NCBI GenBank assembly: GCA_012295275.1
Contig: CM022674.1
Coordinates: 7,688,001-7,752,000 of the forward strand
Source of the DNA: Chrysomallon squamiferum
Lineage: Eukaryota > Animalia > Mollusca
Reading direction: 5' to 3'
DNA: 64,000 nt
In this document: in pieces, positions 12,902-27,065 of the stretch
Layout of the letters: every line of letters starts with the position of its first letter
Position numbering within the stretch: position 1 is the first letter of the stretch
Translations under genes and position numbers: made by a program
Notes under the pieces: model-generated
Databases searched by the model: none
What the model was told of the DNA's origin: nothing
What the model saw: the letters and a program-made list of their open reading frames with translations, nothing else

Positions 12902-14608
12902 ATTTAAATAATCTAACAAGCCTAATGGACCGTTTTTATTTTATACTTTTTTCTAACATTCAGTTATTTTTTCTTATTTCCGTTATTCACTTTATCTTCA
13001 GATTTTCAATTACGCCTTTATAAGAAATGCCCCTAACAAATTAAACTGACATTTGAATTCATTCTAGTTTTAAACATAGAGTAAATTATCGTTACATTTG
13101 TAGGTCGGGAATTCGCCCATTTCTGAAAAAAGTGGCAGACAGCGCCACTAACGGCCGTCAGCTTTGCTACTTCACCGCGCCGTTTAGTTTTGTACTGATG
13201 AAATCAAACACTACGAGTACTGTAGTTTTTCAGTCGCCTTTAGATTAGTTTTCTTCATAAAATACAACCTTCAAAATTAATAATAATAGTAATAAAATAT
13301 TGTAAATTGTGATTTTGTTTTACAGGATTCATTATAATTATTTCTATACTGTCTAATCAGTCACATTAGTCAAAGGATTACAGTACACTTTCAAATTTCT
13401 TTCTATTCACATAACTTGGCTGTGGTGGCTTAATTAAATAACATTAACCTATGATTTGTTGGCAGTTTTAATTTCTCAGCAGGTAAAAAATAAATAAATA
13501 AATAAATAAATAATAATAACAGTAATCACGATACCCATGAAATAACAACAAAACCACTGCAATGAACCCCACAACTTTAATTTTATTTGTATAATTATTT
13601 ATTATAATTCACAAACAATTACTAGAAGTGTTACAGCTGTCACAGTTAATTCTACATATGATCTCAACTATTGTTCAACCATAAGTAATATCACTACAAG
13701 TTATTAAGATTATATAATATTCCTATTAAAAATATATATGTATATAAAATATAGATAAAATTCTTATTGAAAGAAAAAGTAAATTAGCAACATTTTATTC
13801 TGAATAAGATTCAAGTCTAATAGCTTGGAGTAAAACTATACTCAAATCCTATTAAAACACTTTTATTAAAAAATAAATAAAGATCCACTTACACTGAAGC
13901 TGTTAAAGTAAATGCTTTAAATAAGATCACACAGAAAAACCACTATTAAAAGCAACACCTCATTATGAAGTCATTCCTATAAACAAATGTAGAAATATTT
14001 TATGTTGATGTGGAGATGTCCAGAACATCATCTGTTTTCTACAATATCCTTTTTTTAAATATCACCTTCATATATGTTTGTGTTCATCGACTGAATAAAG
14101 ATAAATATTTTTATAGTACATGCTCAAGTGTATCAAAGAGAAAACTATGAAAATTACAAAGCGTTTGATTGTTGTGATGTTCTAACTAAAAAATATAATG
14201 TTCTGTCTTTCTACAAAGTACATGTCAGAAATTTCGTCATACAAATAATTCTGAATTACAGTGTAATTAGTTTTAGAAAATATAATTTTTGAAATATTAC
14301 TTTAAGTGAAAAACTTCAATAACTGGTTGAAAGTTTCTCTTGTTCCTGTTTAAAACAACAGATTTAAAATATAAATGATTACTACTACACCAGTTGTATA
14401 TTGTCTTAATAAAATTAATTTTCATCACTGTTAACTTTAAATATCATACTGATATTGATTTTGTATCATCTTTCATCTTAGTAATCTATTTTATTAATGT
14501 CTTTAATGAAATGTAAGTTAACAACACCTTATATTTACACTATTTTCATCACATTATTATAAACAAGAGTTCAACCAGATATGTTGTGTCTATCTGTCAT
14601 TTTGATTA

Positions 14609-17215
14609 CTAGTTTTGATGATACTCTATTAAGTATTCTGCATAGCACTGGGCATTGTCAAAAATTACAAATATCTTAGGTTGGTATGTGTTATCGACGA
14701 CACAGTCATAGAGTTCATCTGGCTTTGACTCGTCAACTGGTGGTGGTTTTTTCATTCCTCGTTCACCTTTCGTATATTTTCCAACAAGTACTCTCACATT
14801 GAACATAAACCTAGGAAAATATAATCATAGCCATTGCAGTTTTTTTTTATTTGTAAAAAAAACAACAACCCCAAAACCCAAAACAACAACAACAAGATGG
14901 TAGATAGATATATAGACAGAAATTCAGTAATTAGGGTAGGCTGAAAAGTAAATGGCTATGAAGGAGTAATGCTAGAACAGTGAAACTACTCAGAGAAACT
15001 GGGATACCTGACTGAAAAAACACCAGGTTGATCACACTATGAGAGAATTTGGACTGTTTTGAAACAAATCTGCAAATTTCATGGCTCACTTAGAGCCAGA
15101 GGCAAAGAAATAATCAATGCAATTATCATTCTCACTTCCTCCAAAGAAGGCCAGGGTTGTTTCATTAGTGAGGAAGGTGATGGTGTGGTTTTTTTTTTGA
15201 AATACAAAAGTATAGTGTTTATAGACTATCTTCAAACTGGCCAAACAGTAAATGGGAGTGTTCTTTGCTAACTTGTTGAGGCAGTTGTATGAGTCTATCA
15301 AGAACAAACGTACAGGAAAACTTTCAAGTCTGTGGTTACATGGCTAGTATGCACATTTGGCTTTGAACTGACTGATAATTTTCCAAACTCTCCTGATTTG
15401 GCAGTATCTGATTATCATCTAATTCCAAAACTGAAACAAAAACATTTGGCTGGCAAACCATAATGGAACTGTAATGTTGAGTACTTATGTACTAAATACT
15501 GCAGCACTGCTGAAAGAAGTGTATGGTCTGTAAGCAGTCTGTGTTGAATAAAAACTATATATCATCATATTCCACAAGGGCATCGTGTTAGGCTATGAAC
15601 TTTTCAACCTGTTCTGTTCTATAACGATTGCTTTTTTCAGTTTTCTTTTTTTGTTAAATTGATAAAACATTTCTATTCAAAGATGACCCTCATTTTTATT
15701 TCTACAAAACGAAAAACAAAATTTAAAATTTATCCGTTAGCTTCTTTTATCAATTCAACTTTTATAAATAATGCTTTGATGAAACTATGCCATTATTAAT
15801 TATTTGAAAATAAATCAACATTCTAAATATGATAAAGTAAAATTTATTACAATTAACTTTTAAAAGTCTATTTGTAAATATAATATGATTACATGCAAAC
15901 ATAAATTTATTTATTTTGAGTTGGGTGTTTTTTCTTTGGTCATGTTGATTCTAATGAAACTTTAAAAATTTGTGTTACCTGTTTCCTTCTTCATTTGGTT
16001 CTGTGTAGCCATCAGATGTTTTGGATTCTGAAGCAAAGTAGGCACCATCACCATACAATGCTCGCTTTACCACTCTAAAGTCAATACCTTGATTTACAAT
16101 GCGATCAACAATGTCTGCTTTGGTACCATGGAACAGTTGTTGCTCATTTGCACCATCTAGGCCATAATTTCGGTCCATGATTTGTTTTTTCCTGAAATTT
16201 GAATAATTTGTATAATTATTTATTATAATTCACAAACAATTATTAGAAGTGTTACAACTGTCACAGTTAATTCTACATATGATCTCAACTATTGTTCAAC
16301 ATAACAAGAACTTCTCACTAAAATCCTTGTTACAAATTTCTTAGGACATCAGTATGACATGGTTCATATGCAGCATGGAAATCCTGGAAGTATAATATGG
16401 AATTTCAAAATTAATTTGACAAATTCTGGTAAATTCTTTAAATTTTAGTTTTGTTACCGAATGTTCTAATTTTACTCATCCTGTGATTAAATTTTATTTT
16501 CCTCTCTAATGTTATGATAGTTAAGTTTTTATTTTAATCAGCTGCACTTTTTGATTCAACGATGCTATCAAAGCACATATCTCTGAACATGTGGTTTTCT
16601 TATTTCCCCACTTAAATTACAGACTAGTATGAATGATGTGATGTGATAATGTGATACGGTGGATGCAGTCTGCTCATGAAGGTATATGACAGGGAGTGTA
16701 AAATGAATTTACTTTAGTATGATGATGAGATATAACATTAGATGTGCTAAATAGAAAGCTAAATTTCCTCCAACTGCATTTAATGTGTCAAATCAGACAA
16801 AGACATTTTTACAACAAAATCTGCTGTCAGTTTTAGGAAAACATCACTGATCTGAAGTCACAGATTTTCTTTTATTAAAAGCTAAATCATTAATTACATT
16901 TTTTTTCTCAAATCTTAAAATATGTCATATTCAAACACTTATATAAAATGTAAGAAAATTAGGTTCAGAATACTGAATACATACAAAGCAAAAGGTTCCC
17001 ATCTGTCAAGATTCTGAATTCTGTGTATTGCTATGACAGATTTTGTAGGGAGCGTCCTCTTGAAATCATTAGAAACTTTCTGATATTCTTCAGATGTCAA
17101 GGGGTCTTTATAACTCAGAGAGATTTTCTGGACCTTGACACCTTGTTGCATGGACTGCCAGTACGAGGGTGAATCAATGGCTGTTTTTGATTTAGTTCTA
17201 ACATTTTGAGCAGCT
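14609..17215 (-). other. PARP catalytic domain exons (17-19) of the MIB-PARP gene, H-Y-I triad
   Basis: Translation PSYWQSM...EEYQKVSNDF...IHRIQNLDRW...NEQQLFHGTK...YGDGAYFASESKTSDGY...MFNVRVLVGKYTKG...PP...LYDCVVDN...PKIFVIFDNAQCYAEYLIEY has the signature order of PARP7/11/12/14/15 domains. Confidence 0.9.
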
Positions 17216-20200
17216 CTGAAAGTAGAAGTCATTTTAGAAATATTACTTAGTTATAAACTTTTAACAATTCTGTATCTGAACATGAGTTTTAACTCATAAA
17301 TTTAAATAACTCAAGTGCAGTCATCAATATAACTAAGATAATGTTTTAATATTCAGCATAGAGCAGTCTAAAGGAGGAAGTGACTGCATTTCATGTGGCT
17401 AGCTAAAGTGTTTAGTATAGAATATTGCAACTGCATTTATTTACTGTGTTAAAAAAAAACAACTTGGAAAAGAGAAATTCATAATTCTGCTTATAAAGAA
17501 ATCCTAGCATTTACCTCATCAGTACCCTGGCTAATTCTTTGTTTTGTATCAGGTCTATGGTTGTATTGCCATCTTTGTTTTTTATTGTGAGATTTGCTCC
17601 TTGATCAGCCAGCATGTAAAGAATATCAATAGATGTATCATCTTTTTCTGTTATCTCATTCCCATCCTGGATAAAAGTGTCCTGAAATGAACAACACAAC
17701 ATCAGACAACAACATATAAATTTATTATTGTTTTAATGATGTTACTGTTTCAATGTTATCATAGGTGCTACAAATACATGGTCTATTAAAATTCTTTATA
17801 CATCCAAGTAATTATTTTATTATCATCATTCAAAAATTTTGCGATAGTAAAAGTAACTAATAATATTACAAGACATTTATAATATTTACACTCACTAACT
17901 TAAGCTGATACTGTAGTTTTATGACGTTAGTAGAAACTTTAACACAAGCAGATCCATCTCTACATGATGACATCACAAATTTTAAATAATGCATAATATA
18001 CTTCAACATAAAACTTTTATCAAATTAATATTTTTCTTTCCTAAATAACTTACTAGCAATTTTAAGGAAGGTTTTTTAAGAACCAAATGTGATGGTGTAT
18101 TTCCATTGATATCCTGAGTATTTACATCTGCATCTATCAAAACATAAGAGCAAAATTATAGTACATTTTCACACCCCCTACCCCAGACACATACTAACAC
18201 AGACTATGACACAGATGTGGACACTTACATATACACATACAGATGCAAACAGACCCATCCACTGACATATTGACACACAGACACATGAACTAAACAAACA
18301 CACACACTGAAAAATATCCTAAGAAATAAGCAATAGGTAAGCAGAAAAAATAATTTTAACATAATCTCACTTGTGAAAAGAAGAACGTCAACAATAGGCA
18401 AAGATTTCCTGATCATAGCCAGGTGAAGAGGTGTCTGGTGACTGTTATCCTTAACATTTACATCAGCTTTTCCCTAAAATACAATGTTAAATCCTTATGA
18501 GAAGCAGCATCAAAAGTTAAATATAGGCAGTGATAGGTCTAGAATAAGATAAAGATTTAACTTTCTGAGAAAATAAAAATGTTATATGTTTCCTAATGGA
18601 GATATGAATAATTAATGAAAAATAAATCCATCTTGATGTTCCTACTGGAGATATGCATGAATTAAGTAATGAAAATAAATCCATCTTGATGTTCTTACTA
18701 GATATAAATAATGTAATGAAAATAAATCCATCTTGATGTTCTTACTAGATATAAATAATGTAATGAAAATAAATCCATCTTGATGTTCTTACTAGATATA
18801 AATAATGTAATGAAAATAAATCCATCTTGATGTTCCTACTGGATATAAAAATAGTATAATAGAAGACCAATCATTCATTGTGCTCCTACTAGATATAAAT
18901 AATGTAATAGCAATTCATCACTTATCTCTTAATGAAAATGAATACCTTACTAAGAAGACAGCTGACAAGAGACCTGTATCCATTGATAACTGCAATGTGC
19001 AGTGCAGTGTATCCTCCTTTCTTTGTCTTTAGGTTGACAACTGATGGCTGATTTTTAAATATCAGTTCAGCTAACCTGAAATTAAAAGAAAAATATTTTT
19101 TATCACTTACTTTATATGTGCACAAACATTTTCAAATAATTATCAACAATATAAGGAAAAACCAAGTTTTTTTTTTTTTTTCACTATCCACACTTTCAGA
19201 AATCGATAGAGAGCATTAATTTGAAAATAATGAGATTATAAAAAGTGTTATTTACTAGATATGAAACAATTGTTAACAATATAGTCTAGCACTGTTTGAA
19301 TGTATTGACAATAAGTAGTCATTTGAGTCTACAAATCAGTGAGTGAGTGAATGATATCCCAGGTCGTAAAACAATTTAGCTATTGTGTCAGACAGAGGTA
19401 TAAAAATGATTTATATATAAAATTAAATGGTAAAACTGTATAAAAATATACTGTCTCATGTGGTGCTTAAAATAATTACCCTTTATGTTAACATGTCTTT
19501 ATTGGAAAAATAAAAAAATAAACATCTTTGTATCACTATGCCAATTAAAGGATGTTCCAGCTTCAGGTGTTGTAAACTTGGAGGCACAAAAAAAATGTGT
19601 CAGTTAAATAAGATATTGGGATGAAGCCTTTTTTCATTAGTTCCAGGGCTTTAAAGTCTGCCCAAACTTCAAGAGTAATAAACATACTGAATCAAGCAAT
19701 CTCATGGAAATGTCAATGTCTGACTGAAAAAACACTGCACATCACAGAATTCCCATCCAGGTGATTCATCTGAATTGATAGAAATTCAGTCACAGTATCT
19801 TCCTCAAATGTCTACTAAAAGTTGCTGATATATAGATGCATCTGAACAATGTTTTTTTTTTTTTTTTTTTTCAAATGCCCCAAATCTAGCACAGTCTTTG
19901 GTGGTTAAAATAAATAATATAATATGTCAGAGAAATCAGTTCTGGCAACAGATTAAATACTGCATGATAAAAAATCCAAAAATAGGTATGGCACTTGGCC
20001 TCACATCAAATATATATTTATTATCAGAAACTGCATTTCAAGTAGGATGTTTTGGTAATGATTTTATCTTCATACTATATAGCAGAAACAGTCAGTCTGC
20101 AAACATTTGGATGAGGATGCCTTTTTTTTAAAATCAGTTCCAGGGCTTTAAAACTATCTACAGGTACAAGCTCTCTCCAATACAAAGTCTGAACACTCCA

Positions 20201-20223
20201 GAAACAAAGTCTAAGATCTTGGC

Positions 20224-20254
<31 letters not shown>

Positions 20255-23147
20255 GTAACAGTTATGGCATTTATTCAATGAATCCATAATCCAATTTAGA
20301 CCTTACAAAAGATCAACAAAGTAGGAGCATATATTACTGCCTGTAACTTTTCAGGGTCTTTAAGATATTTTTAACATATTTTTGATGGAGTACCAAGGAC
20401 AACCTTTCCACCACAGGATTTGGATTTTTATCCAGAAATAGTTGTGGATTTAAATGTAGATCTCTTTTATGGCAGATATACATACAATTTCTCTGAGTCT
20501 TTGAAAACTAAAACCATTATCTGATGCCCATTGCTGAAGTTTATTCATGCAAAGCTGCAGCTGACACTGGATGATATTAATTTGGATGATCTCTTGCAAA
20601 TCAGAAAGAACAATCAATACCAAGTTTTAAACCCTGAGTGATGCTGTTAATTTTCACTGAAAATATAGTTTTTGATTATCCTGAAGTACACCCATCTCTT
20701 GCAAATTTGAAAATGTAGATGTCATCCAAGATTTGTAAAAATCTTTTTTAAAAAGTTATCTATAACAATAGGAGGGTGACCTCTTAGAATGAAGCTATGG
20801 AAGTCCTTCATAATACCATTCTTCCTCATTATATCATAAGCTTTCTCCAAATCAAAACACACTGAAACTAGGTGTTGATTGTGTATGAATATTTCCCTAC
20901 AAAATATTTCAAATCCAACAAGTTGATCAATCGAGTTACATCTGGTCATGAACCCATGCTGCATTTAAGTAATAAAGAAACCAGACAAATCTGCAACTGA
21001 TAATTCATTTCATTGTTTTACAGATGCAGTTTGTCAAGGAAACAGGGTAATAATTAGCAGGACTTGATGGATTCTTAACAGCCTTTGGAGCAGGAATGAC
21101 TATAACTGTCCTCCAATCAGAAGGAAAGTCACCAGAAATCCAGATTTCATTAAAATATTTAGAAGAGCTGGGTAAACATGTAAGTAATTAGTAGTATGGA
21201 CACTACCAGAAGGGTTGGGACTAATTTTCATGGAGAAATCAAGAAAAAGAGACAAATTACAAAGGGTCTGATCTATGAAAGTGACTGTACCATTTACAGA
21301 GTGAAAATATGTATGGCTGTTATCATTAAAAAGAATCAAGTCTTTTTAGAGAATTAAATCTTCCAATTATTTACCTCTGTTTTTCACCTTCTTCATATTC
21401 CTACAAGGTGTGATGATGCCTGAAATCTCCCATTAGAATAAAAAGGGACAGGAGTTGGCCTACAAGATCTTGAAGGTCCTTAAGATTAAAACTGAAATGT
21501 TTCGGAGGAGGTAAATAAACTGAACACATAGTTTTATGACTGCAGCCAATAAGTTTAGTATTTTATGCAACTTTACTCTGGGAAATATTTTCATTAACAA
21601 GAAAGAAAACTTTCTTGGAAACTCTGTTTTTGATTTCCTTGAATTTGTGACTAATAATATTAGTGTCTTTGGGGGAAGTTTTCTGAAAACATATTTAACA
21701 ACTAATTCATCAAAAGTGGGTCAAATCCAGGGAGCCTGATGAGCCTCTTGAAAGATTCTTAGAATCCTGAGAGATCTGTACTGATTTAGAATAAACTGTC
21801 TTTACTTTAGCATTCCATTTCTTTGTTTTCTGAATGTCAGAAATCTTTTTAAATTTATCCTCATCATTTGACCATGTTACGTTAGTCTAATAGCAGCAGC
21901 ATATGACAAGTCCTACTAATTATGAAGATTAATCAACATTTTTCTAGCCTCAGGGAATTACAGATAAGTAGTACCATCTTTGTTCCTAGTAAAATTAAAC
22001 AAATCAATAGCTGTTAGCTGCATGAACTCTGGACCAAAGTGAAGAATTGTCAGTGGCAATGTACTTAGTTGCAGACATCAATCATGACTCAACCACCAGG
22101 ATCCCATCATCCACTTCACATGTCACATCTCACAACAAACAAGGTGCCTCATTCGAGGAGGTGGTGCAGTTACTGGTCATTTTAAGAATGTTCTCGTTTT
22201 CAATTTTATTTCTAAGAAATCATTGTACAACTTTACATTTATGTATTTTCAGGTAGTGGTTACATCATACAAAATATAAACCTAGGATTACATGAAAGAC
22301 AATGATATAATAAAAATAAAAGCAAAGAGTGTTCACATACTCAAAATGTTCTTCAGGTACAGCCAGTATGTGATAACCAGACTATAATGGGTTTGTTTCA
22401 GGAACAATTAATATTCTAATTAGCTAAGTTGTTTAAAATTTGTTTCATGATGATACTTTATAGCGATCATCTTAATGATATGTGACTACAAAGTTTAAAA
22501 TAATAATAATAATAATAATAATAAAATCTTTAAAAAATTCTGATAAAGGCAACTGACTGACTTGACAGCTGAAAGCCATACATACTTTTCTTTATTATTC
22601 ATTACAGCCACATGAAAAGCAGACATCCCCTCACTGTTGAAAATGTCACATCTAATTTTCTTCACCTTCATCAACATCTCACAAATTGGGTAGTTATCCA
22701 TAGCATCATGGAGTGGAGTGTCTCCATCATTGTCCTTTTGTCAGAACAAACTCAATGTTTACATAATATAAGAGATCATGTTTTCAAAAATAATTATATA
22801 AAATTATATGATTAAGAAATAATTTTATAAATCACAATAAATTGACAATTAATAGATGCAATACAAAGTTAAAACTTTATTATAAAGCTACAAGAATAAA
22901 TGTATCAATGCAAAATTTGCAAACAGGAATAATAATTAGAAAAGGGCATTTTTTGAATTAGGTGGGTTTTTGGGTTGTTTTTTTCTATAACATAATTAGA
23001 ATCAAGGCTCAAAATTAAATAAATATATATTTAAATGTATTTTGTGAACTTCAGTTGAAAATACATGAATAAGGTACTGAGGAAAAATATACTGTGCCAT
23101 TGTATTAAAAATTAATCTCTCTCTCTCTCTATATGTGTGTGTGTGCC

Positions 23148-23181
<34 letters not shown>

Positions 23182-23790
23182 TACACATGCATATACACCT
23201 TTGAATAAATAAAAAGAAAATATGTGACATGTTAATAAAAAATGAATACATATATAACCTGTGTGTTAACATCACATCCCTTGTCAGTGAGGATTTTCAC
23301 AATTTCTTTATTGTTTGCAGTCACTGCTTGGTGACATGGTGTCAGTCCTTTTTTATTCTTTTTGTTCATGTCAGCACCTTTATCAATTAGGATTTTCACA
23401 ATTTCATCTTTGCCTCTGAAAAACATAATAATCATGAAATGACACAATGTTTATCTGTGTTACATAAAAGTATAATTACAGCATTAAAGAGAATAGCGAT
23501 GCAATAATTTAAAGATACACATTTAACTTACAGTGAAACCACATGATGAAGTGATATGTTATACAAATGTTATATATTTAACATACTGTTAAACAGCATG
23601 ATGAAATGATCTGGTGTATAAAAATCTAGATATAAATTGTAAAATAGTATGATGAAGTGATCTTATATAAAGAAAGAGATTTAACTTACTGTGAAATGTT
23701 AAAAAAAATACCAATCTAACTATGAAGCAGCCAGTTGAAATATGTTGTATAAAGATACAGATACATCATAAAAAAACAGCATGATGATAC

Positions 23791-23831
<41 letters not shown>

Positions 23832-26800
23832 CATCTTAATAAAACAGCATGATGAAATGAAATGATATTAAATAAAGATATAGATTTAATTTACTATGAA
23901 ATAGCATGATTAAGTGATCACATATAAAGAAAGAAATTTAACTTAGTGTGAAATAATGTTAAATAAATACTCATCTTACTATATAGCAGCTAAATGAAAT
24001 GATATGTTGTATAAAGATTTAACTTCCTCTGAAGTGATGTTATGTAAAGTTTAACTTACTGAGAAACAGCAAAATGAAGAGCAGTGTCTCCTTCTTCGTC
24101 AACCAGATTTGGATCAGCTTTATACGATAAGAGAATTTTCACAACTTCACTGCTACCTGTGTAGCAAGCCAGTTGTAATGGACTGTTTCCATCAACAGTC
24201 TCATTCACCTGCATATATGTATACACCTTTTCTTAATAAAACCTTTCATTATGGAATAAAAATATTTTATTTCTGATCATCATTTCTCTTATTATATATA
24301 TTTAAAATTTTGTGCATTACAAAATGCCCCAAATATGTAGTCTGAAAACAAATAAAAAGAAAAATAAAGAAAAAGAAAAATCCCTCAGTAATCTTAGTTT
24401 GATGGTTAATGTCAGTTACTCTGAACTGGTTTAACTGTTGTGTTTAAAACTGTACATAGTTATAGAGTCAACACACTGATTAAAACCTCTTCAATATACA
24501 TGTCACAAAATTTGATTTAAACCTAATTTGAGATAACTTTGAATTTATCATGTGCAATCTAGCAGAGACTGAAATATCTTTAACTGATGAAATATGAATA
24601 ATAAAAAAATAAAAAAAATTGTAATTTGTTACCAAGGTGGAACTGACCAGCTCATATACTTTATATTTCATATGAAAATATCTTTGAATGTGGTACAAAA
24701 ATACACATTTTTGCAATAGTATTATGGAAAAAATGCTATGACATTAGAACTATGATGTTGCTTTTAGGATTATGAAAATAATCTGATCAAAAAAGGATTA
24801 TTGGAAACAATATAATCAAACTAGGACAATGGAGAAAAATCCTGTCAAACTAGGAATTAGTTTACGATGTTAGCAAACAAGGATTTGGAAAAAGATGTTA
24901 TCAAACAATAACTATGGAAAAGATCAATGGTAGGGGGAAAAAATAGAATTATGGAAAAGATCTTACCAAACCAGGATTATTGGAAAGAATTTCTTTGACA
25001 GTTTTGATGTCTTCCTGTGCTGCTGCTTCTATAAGTCGTTCAGATAAACTGATTTTATCTCCCTTCTGTATCAGTGACAAAATCATTTCACTAATGTTAC
25101 TCCCTATGTCTGAAAATGCTAAAAAAAAAATATCATTCGTATGAAAACTTTTATTTTTTATTATTTTATTTTTTTAAATTTATCTTTCCAATTCATTTTC
25201 AAAAAATGAATAGATGTTAGGTATAGTACATTTATTTATTTACAGCAATATACTTTTATTTTGAATAAACTTATTTTAAAATAAATAAATTTTAATTTGT
25301 TTGTGTTGTTTATCATCTAATTTATCATTCCAATTGATTGTTAAAAAAGGATGAATTTAGAGTATTGATTATTTATTTATTAGCAGCAATTTGTTGTTGT
25401 TTTTTTGTTGTTGTTGTTCATTCTGTTTGTTGTTTATCTGTTTTATTGACAACATAGAAATGAACATTATCTTAATATATAACTTTGCTATAAGTTACAG
25501 AATAATGATCAGTACACTGAGATAGGAATTCGTCTAATTCTTTGTACATCAAAACCTACTAAGAACTTCATCTCAAGAAGTACCAGTACATCATAATTAT
25601 AGAAAGTTGGTGTTTGCAGACTGATAAAAACTTTATTAGATGTTTTTTGTTAACAGTCTATATATGACATCCCATGATATTTTCAGCAAAACTGTTTGAC
25701 ATCAGATGAAATTGACTGTAATTTTAATTCATATCTCTTGAACAGCTCTGTTTTAAAGTGAATAATACAATTGAATAGTTACTTACCACCAGGAATTATT
25801 TCCATTGGTGTCTCTGATACCTGGTGTTTTGATCTATTCTCATCAGCTGACTCTACATACTGACAACACACAGGACTAAACATCCACTGCTGTTCTCCTA
25901 CTTTGACTGTCAGGTCACCATCATCATCAACAGCTACAATGATTCCTAACTCACCAAGAGCCTGGCATCAAATCCACATTAATAATTATGTTAAGTAAGA
26001 GAAAGTAACTCATACAAACTAGCTAGGTTATACATGATCTATTTGACGTCATTTTGTGATTGTGTTACATGATGTTTGAATTTTCAGAAACGAAATATAA
26101 ACAATTTAAAAATAATTTTAATTCCATTCACTGAGAAAATTAGAAACTTTACATCGCAGAAAGAAATAAAATACTGGGATAAAAAATGAAATCAATTATA
26201 CTAGTCATAATAATGAACTAATTGACTAATCAAATTTCAAATAATATCAAAATGAACTTAGTGCTGCTCACTGGAGTTTACAAAACAATCTGAAATGAAA
26301 TCAAGATAAAAATAAATTTATACTTTTTCCATTTCATCATTCCAGCCACCATGTCCTTCCTGCAGCTCCTGAACAGCATTGATGTTTTCCAGAATTTGAA
26401 CAGTCTCACCAACAGAAAATGAGTGAATCTGAAAAAAGTGAAAACAGTAGATGTGAAACACATAAATATTTCTTAATTCATAGTAAAGAAAAAAAAAGAA
26501 AACATAAATTATATTAAAAATATATATAGAATATTTAGATACATATAGATATTTCTTTACTTTAAAATACATAGAAAATAAATGACCCAAATAAATACTT
26601 CTGAAAAATAAACAGAACAGCATAAAATGGAATTTCGTTAAAAAATAAATAAAACAACATAATAAATATTACAAATATATCATTTTAAATTAAAAATAAA
26701 GAAAAGACCAATTAAAAATGAAGAAAAAACATTAAAGCAATACTTTTCAAAATTAAATTACATAAAGACTATAGAAATATTTCTTTAATTATATCTAAAG

Positions 26801-27005
26801 AACCCAAGATAAAACAAATGTACAATTTAAATTAAAATTAAATAAATAACAGATTACCTTAGTTAATACTGATCTATAGAAATACCATGTTTGTGCATCT
26901 TCATACTGAACTTTTGCTATACTTGAGTTTTCTATTTCAATGATTGTTCCTAACTGTGACAAATACTTGAAAAAAAAAAAATAATAATAATTATAAAAAC
27001 TAAAA

Positions 27006-27065
<60 letters not shown>

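Noticed and set aside
17895-17960. Possible extra exon between exons 15 and 16
   Set aside because: Its open frame needs a phase-2 entry, whereas exon 15 ends in phase 0 and joins exon 16 directly.
14609-25109. Tankyrase (ankyrin + PARP)
   Set aside because: No SAM domain, H-Y-I rather than H-Y-E, and the ankyrin repeats are continuous with a Mind bomb N-terminus.
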